From the NCBI GenBank assembly GCA_052386995.1, contig JBQTJP010000281.1:1-20849 (forward strand): a DNA stretch of 20,849 nt, written 5' to 3'. Positions within the stretch are counted from its first letter, which is position 1. The number at the start of each line of letters is the position of its first letter. This DNA comes from Armatimonadota bacterium (GTDB taxonomy: Bacteria; Sysuimicrobiota; Sysuimicrobiia; Sysuimicrobiales; Humicultoraceae). Both the position numbers and the translations under genes were made by a program. Positions 15,020 through 20,849 of the stretch are shown here, in pieces. Under the pieces are notes generated by a model that saw only the letters and a program-made list of their open reading frames with translations, did no database searches and was not told where the DNA came from.

Positions 15020-17227
15020 GTGAAGTGGCTTGATCTGCGCCGGCAGCAGGGTAGTTTCCAGGACCTTCCCAGTGAGGTCCAGAGCCTCGTCGCGACGTTG
15101 CGCACCCACTTTCCCAAGGCCGATCTGGATATCGTGCGCGAGGCGTATCTCGCCGCGGCGAGGGCCCACGAAGGCCAAACGCGCGCGTCCGGTGAGCCGT
15201 ACGTCATGCACGCCGTGGCGGTGGCAACGATCCTGGCCGGGCTGCACGTGGACCCGACCACGGTCGCCGCCGCGTTACTGCACGACGTGCTGGAGGACAC
15301 CGGGGTGGAGTCCTCCGAGCTGCAGCAGCGATTTGGGGAAGAGATCGCCGCGCTGGTCGACGGCGTCACAAAATTGGGGAAGATCGAATGGCAGAGCCGC
15401 GAGGAGCGGCAGGCGGAGAGCCTGCGCAAGATGTTCCTCGCGATGGCGAACGATATCCGCATCGTCCTGATCAAGCTCGCCGACCGGCTGCACAACATGC
15501 GGACGATTGCCCCGCTGCCCGAATGGAAGCGGAAGCGGACGTCTCAGGAAACCCTGGACATCTACGCGCCGCTGGCCGAGCGTCTGGGGATCGGAAGTCT
15601 GCAAAAGGAGCTCGAGGACCTGGCGTTTCAGGAGCTTCAGCCCGAGACATACGCCGAGATCACACAGTCGCTCGCGCAGGCCGAGGGCGCGCGTGAAGCG
15701 CTGGTGCAGGGCGTCGTCGGCGTCCTGCATCGAGAACTGCAACGGGCGGGCATCAAGGTGGATCCGAAGATCATCACGGGCCGTCCCAAGCACATCTACA
15801 GCATCTGGAAAAAGCTACAGCGGCCCAAGTACGCCGGGCAGCCGATCGCCCGCATTTACGACCGCCTGGGTGTTCGGGTCCTGCTCGACGACGTCAAGGA
15901 CTGCTACGCCGCCGTCGGCGTCATCCATGCCGTGTGGAAACCCATTCCCGGTGAGTTCGACGACTACATCGCGAATCCGAAAACCAGCGGTTACCAGTCG
16001 CTGCACACGGCCGTCATCTACGAGGGCGAGCCGTTGGAGATTCAGATCCGCACCCATCAGATGCACCGGGACGCCGAGCACGGGATCGCGGCCCACTGGA
16101 AATACAAGAAGGGCGCCGCCCAGGATCGCGCGGTCGACGAGAAGCTGGCCTGGTTGCGCCAGCTGCTGGAGTGGCAACAGGATCTGGCGGACGCGCGCGA
16201 GTTCGTCAAATCGGTGCGGCTCGACCTGTTCCAGAACGAGGTCTTCGTCTTCACGCCGAAGGGCGACGTCATCGACCTTCCCTCCGGGGCGACGCCGATC
16301 GACTTTGCCTACCGCATTCACACCGACGTCGGACATCACTGCACCGGGGCGAAGGTCAACGGGCGACTGGTCCCGCTCTCCCACAAGCTGCACACCGGCG
16401 ACATCGTGGAGATCACCGTCAATAAGTCGAGCCCCGGTCCGAGCCGTGACTGGCTGGGGTTTGTCGCCACGACCAACACTCGCGCCAAGATCAAACAGTG
16501 GTTCAAGCGCGAGCGCCATCAGGAGAATCTGGCCCGCGGCCGCGAGATGCTCGAGCGAGAGCTGCGGCGCACCGGCGGGATCGCCGCGGCGATGAAGCAG
16601 GAGCGGCTTCGGGAGGTCGCGGAGCAGTTCAGTGTCCCCTCTGAGGATGAGCTCCTGGCCGCGGTCGGCAATGGCGACATCTCGGTGCTCCAGGTGGCGC
16701 AGGCGCTCCGCGGAGGCGAGGCGGCCGAGCCCGAACCGGAGCCGGCCCCGGTCATCACCCCGACCGCCCCGGCGCCGTCCGGCGGGGTGCGCGTGCGCGG
16801 GGTCGAGAACGTCCTGATGCATTTTGCGCGGTGCTGCACGCCCCTGCCGGGCGACCGCATTGTCGGCTACATCACCCGCGGCCGCGGCGTGACGATCCAC
16901 CGGAGCGACTGCGCGAACATCGTGTTCCTCCGTTCGCATCCGGAGCGGCTCCTGGAAGTCGAGTGGCTCACAACGCAGGAAGGACCGTACCAGGTGGAGA
17001 TCGAGGTGGAGGCGTTCGACCGCGTGGGGTTGCTCAAGGACATCCTGGCAGCGATCGCCGAGACAAAGACGAACATCCTCTCGGTGAACGCGCGCGTGCG
17101 AAAAGACAAGGTGGCCATCACGAACATCGTCCTGGACATCCGCAGCGTCGGGCAGCTCCACGCGGTTATGCAGAAGATCGAGAAGGTCCAGCAGGTCTTC
17201 AACGTGGCCAGGGTGGTTCCGACGTAG
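15020..17227 (+). CDS. relA: Bifunctional (p)ppGpp synthetase/hydrolase, long RSH (Rel/SpoT)
   Basis: HD hydrolase (AHEGQTRASGEPY..H, LLHDVLED, IKLADRLHNMRT), synthetase (GRPKHIYSI.KK, DYIANPK.SGYQSLHT, EIQIRT), TGS (VFVFTPKG, DFAYRIHT), CC/ZFD (RCCTPLPGD.I.GY, HRSDC) and ACT. GTG 15020 follows the GGGGTGAG RBS; the ORF-track start at 14816 overlaps recJ. Confidence 0.96.
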   Translation: MKWLDLRRQQGSFQDLPSEVQSLVATLRTHFPKADLDIVREAYLAAARAHEGQTRASGEPYVMHAVAVATILAGLHVDPTTVAAALLHDVLEDTGVESSELQQRFGEEIAALVDGVTKLGKIEWQSREERQAESLRKMFLAMANDIRIVLIKLADRLHNMRTIAPLPEWKRKRTSQETLDIYAPLAERLGIGSLQKELEDLAFQELQPETYAEITQSLAQAEGAREALVQGVVGVLHRELQRAGIKVDPKIITGRPKHIYSIWKKLQRPKYAGQPIARIYDRLGVRVLLDDVKDCYAAVGVIHAVWKPIPGEFDDYIANPKTSGYQSLHTAVIYEGEPLEIQIRTHQMHRDAEHGIAAHWKYKKGAAQDRAVDEKLAWLRQLLEWQQDLADAREFVKSVRLDLFQNEVFVFTPKGDVIDLPSGATPIDFAYRIHTDVGHHCTGAKVNGRLVPLSHKLHTGDIVEITVNKSSPGPSRDWLGFVATTNTRAKIKQWFKRERHQENLARGREMLERELRRTGGIAAAMKQERLREVAEQFSVPSEDELLAAVGNGDISVLQVAQALRGGEAAEPEPEPAPVITPTAPAPSGGVRVRGVENVLMHFARCCTPLPGDRIVGYITRGRGVTIHRSDCANIVFLRSHPERLLEVEWLTTQEGPYQVEIEVEAFDRVGLLKDILAAIAETKTNILSVNARVRKDKVAITNIVLDIRSVGQLHAVMQKIEKVQQVFNVARVVPT

Positions 17228-17253
17228 ATGCGCGGCTATCCCGGGAGGGTCCC

Positions 17254-18450
<1,197 letters not shown>

Positions 18451-18451
18451 C

Positions 18452-19639
18452 GTGCCGGCCCCTCCTGGCCCGGCGCCGTCCACGCAGCCCGATTGGGCCG
18501 CCCACCGCGCGGCATTTCCTATCTTCACATCGTCAATCTACTTCAATACGTGCTCCCTGGGAGCGCTGGCGACCCGCGTCGAGGCCGCCGTGGGAAGCTT
18601 CCTCGCGCTGTGGCACGAGCACGGCTCCTCGGCCTGGTACGGGCCGTGGTGGGAGACGATGGCGGCGCTGCGCGCCCGCTGCGCTCAGGCGGTGGGCGCC
18701 GATCCCGACGAGATCGCGCTCCTTCCGTCGATCACGACGGCGCTGACGGCGGTGGCCAGCGCCTTTGACTATCGCGATCGCCCCCGGGTAGTCATGAGCC
18801 GCCTGGAATTTCCCACGACGGTGTACCAGTGGCTCAGTAAGCGCGACGCGGGCGTGGAGCCCGTGATGCTCGCCGGCGGCGATCGCCTGGCGATGCGACC
18901 TGAAGAGTACGCCGCCGCGACCGACGTGCGCACGCAGCTCGTCGTGACCTCGCACGTGTATTTCACGAGCGGCTATCTCCAGGACATCGCGGCGATCGCG
19001 GACATCGCCCATGCGCGGGGCGCGCTCTGCCTGATCGATGCCTATCAGGGCACCGGGCAGCTGCCGACCGACGTGCACGCGAGCGGCGTGGATTTTCTGG
19101 TGACCGGCGGCCTGAAGTGGTTGCTGGGCGGACCCGGCTTCGCGTTCCTCTATGTGCGACGGGCGCTGCACGATCGCCTGCATCCCAATGACGTCGGGTG
19201 GTTCGCGCACCGCGACCAGTTTGCGTTCCGCACCGATGCGTTTGAACCCGCACCCGATGCGCGGCGGTTCGAAGGCGGCACGCCGTCCGTGGCCGCCCTG
19301 TATGCCGCGGATGCTGGGCTAGAGATTGTCCTCGAGATCGGCATCGAGCGGCTGCGCGCGCGCCAGCTCGAGCTCGTGCGCGATCTCGTCGAGCGGCTGC
19401 GATCCGTTGGCCTGGCGCCCCGCGTGCCCGACGAGCTTGCCGGTCACGCCGGGATCGTGACGGTACCGGTCCCCGATCCGCCGGGGGCCGTGGCGGGTCT
19501 GCGCCAGCGGGGGATCATCGTCGACGCGCGCCCCGGGGTCGTGCGTCTGTCGCCGTACTTCTACAACAGCGTCGAGGACAACCGCGCGGTCACCTCCGCG
19601 CTCCGCGAGGTCCTGGTCGCCGCGACCCCCGCGTCCTGA
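18452..19639 (+). CDS. PLP-dependent class V aminotransferase-fold enzyme, kynureninase-like
   Basis: [51 protein letters not shown]...[17 protein letters not shown]. Start is GTG 18452 (1 nt after the upstream stop) or TTG 18434. Confidence 0.87.
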   Translation: MPAPPGPAPSTQPDWAAHRAAFPIFTSSIYFNTCSLGALATRVEAAVGSFLALWHEHGSSAWYGPWWETMAALRARCAQAVGADPDEIALLPSITTALTAVASAFDYRDRPRVVMSRLEFPTTVYQWLSKRDAGVEPVMLAGGDRLAMRPEEYAAATDVRTQLVVTSHVYFTSGYLQDIAAIADIAHARGALCLIDAYQGTGQLPTDVHASGVDFLVTGGLKWLLGGPGFAFLYVRRALHDRLHPNDVGWFAHRDQFAFRTDAFEPAPDARRFEGGTPSVAALYAADAGLEIVLEIGIERLRARQLELVRDLVERLRSVGLAPRVPDELAGHAGIVTVPVPDPPGAVAGLRQRGIIVDARPGVVRLSPYFYNSVEDNRAVTSALREVLVAATPAS

Positions 19640-20094
19640 TGCGCGCGGTCGTTCAGCGGGTGGCACGCGCAGCGGTGCGCGTGGGCGAAGACACCATCGG
19701 CGAGATCGGCCCGGGGTTGGTGGTACTCGTGGCCGTGGCGCGCGACGACAGACCCGATGACGCCCGGGCACTGGCGGACAAGGTGGCGCACCTCCGGATC
19801 TTCGACGACGAGGCCGGGCGGCTCAACCGCTCCGTGCTGGACGCCGGTGGATCGGCATTGGTCGTCTCCCAGTTCACTCTCTATGGGTACACAAGCCGGG
19901 GGCGACGGCCGTCGTTCGTGCGCGCTGCCCCTCCGGAGGCGGCCGAAGGACTCCACGAGCGGTTCGTAGACGCGCTCCGTGCTCTCGGTCTTCCGGTCGC
20001 GACCGGACGGTTCCGCGCGACGATGGTCGTGGAGATCCACAACGATGGACCCGTGACCCTGGTGCTTGACACCGATCGCGCTCCGGCGTCGTGA
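19639..20094 (+). CDS. dtd: D-aminoacyl-tRNA deacylase
   Basis: [36 protein letters not shown]...NDGPVT; ATG overlaps the upstream TGA. Confidence 0.97.
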   Translation: MRAVVQRVARAAVRVGEDTIGEIGPGLVVLVAVARDDRPDDARALADKVAHLRIFDDEAGRLNRSVLDAGGSALVVSQFTLYGYTSRGRRPSFVRAAPPEAAEGLHERFVDALRALGLPVATGRFRATMVVEIHNDGPVTLVLDTDRAPAS

Positions 20095-20120
20095 CCGCAC
20101 GCGTGCGGGCGGCAAGCCGA

Positions 20121-20828
20121 TCAGGCGAGGAACGCGGTAAGCAGGCGGCGCTCGAACTCCCGGCTGACCTCGGAGAGATCTTTCACGGTATCAACCGATC
20201 GCCAGTAGGCGGTGGACTTATAGGCGCCCAGGCGGTGCTCCGCGGCCAGCTCCGGGAAGGTGGTGCTCTCGTGATCTCCAACCTCGGGCAGCCGGTCGAT
20301 GGCCGCGCGCGAGAGGAGATACACGCCGGCGTTGATCCAATAGGGCAGCGTCGGCTTCTCGTGGAAGGCGGTCACCCGGCCGTCATCCGAGGTATCCACG
20401 AGGCCGAAGGTGCTCACGTACGGCGTGAGGACCACGGTGGCGAGATTGCCGCTTTCCCGGTGACGATCCAGCACGGGCGCCAGTTGCATGTTGGTGATGA
20501 TGTCGCCGTTGGTGCCGATGACGAGCTCCGGCGCACCGACGAGCTGAGCATAGGCGTGCCGGATCGCTCCTCCGCGCCCAAGTGGCTCGGACTCGACGGC
20601 GTAGTCGATGCGCAGGCCCCATTTTTCGCCGGTGCCGAAGTAGTCGGTGATGACATCGTAGCGGTACCCACAGGCCATCACCACCTCGGTGACGCCCTGC
20701 GTCTGCAGCCAGTGCAACTGGTACGCCAGGATCGGCACGCCGAGGACCTCGACCATGGGTTTGGGCCGGTCCTCGGTGAAGGGTCGTAGCCGTTCGCCCC
20801 GTCCGCCGGCCAAGATGATCGCGTGCAC
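20121..20828 (-). CDS. Sugar-phosphate nucleotidyltransferase (NTP_transferase family, mannose-1-P guanylyltransferase-like)
   Basis: AIILAGGRGERLRPFT..RPKPMV, ESEPLGRGGAI, NGDIIT, FHEKP, WINAGVY, YWRSVDTVKDL. Confidence 0.92.
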   Translation of the reverse strand: MHAIILAGGRGERLRPFTEDRPKPMVEVLGVPILAYQLHWLQTQGVTEVVMACGYRYDVITDYFGTGEKWGLRIDYAVESEPLGRGGAIRHAYAQLVGAPELVIGTNGDIITNMQLAPVLDRHRESGNLATVVLTPYVSTFGLVDTSDDGRVTAFHEKPTLPYWINAGVYLLSRAAIDRLPEVGDHESTTFPELAAEHRLGAYKSTAYWRSVDTVKDLSEVSREFERRLLTAFLA

Positions 20829-20849
20829 TCATCCACCTGCCCTGTGAGA

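Noticed and set aside
15815..17161. Long antisense and alternative-frame ORFs (e.g. 15815-17161 -, 12856-14109 -, 2722-3903 +, 7484-8554 +, 20091-20789 +)
   Set aside because: They shadow well-supported genes, show no recognisable motifs and are expected in high-GC DNA.

Overview
GC-rich bacterial chromosomal window with 18 intact-looking CDS and one pseudogene. In order: a decayed GH39/clan-A glycoside hydrolase pseudogene (+); a phenylacetyl-CoA epoxidase operon paaA-paaB-paaC-paaD (-), with no paaE, a tandem-duplicated PaaB and a PaaC that keeps all six di-iron ligand positions; a divergent run of a signal-anchored FAD-dependent oxidoreductase, a RibD-C/DHFR-fold reductase, a GNAT acetyltransferase and uracil-DNA glycosylase (+); a convergent DUF72 gene (-); a housekeeping operon from a consensus sigma70 promoter, secD-secF-LapA-family gene-recJ-rel-two PLP enzymes-dtd (+); and a convergent sugar-phosphate nucleotidyltransferase (-). 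The most striking element is the ~1180-aa RecJ: an intact DHH exonuclease fused to a HIRAN domain and a RecQ-like SF2 helicase module whose ATPase motifs are all degenerate. I found no rRNA, tRNA, CRISPR array or mobile element. All calls come from motifs recognised by eye; no database searches were run.
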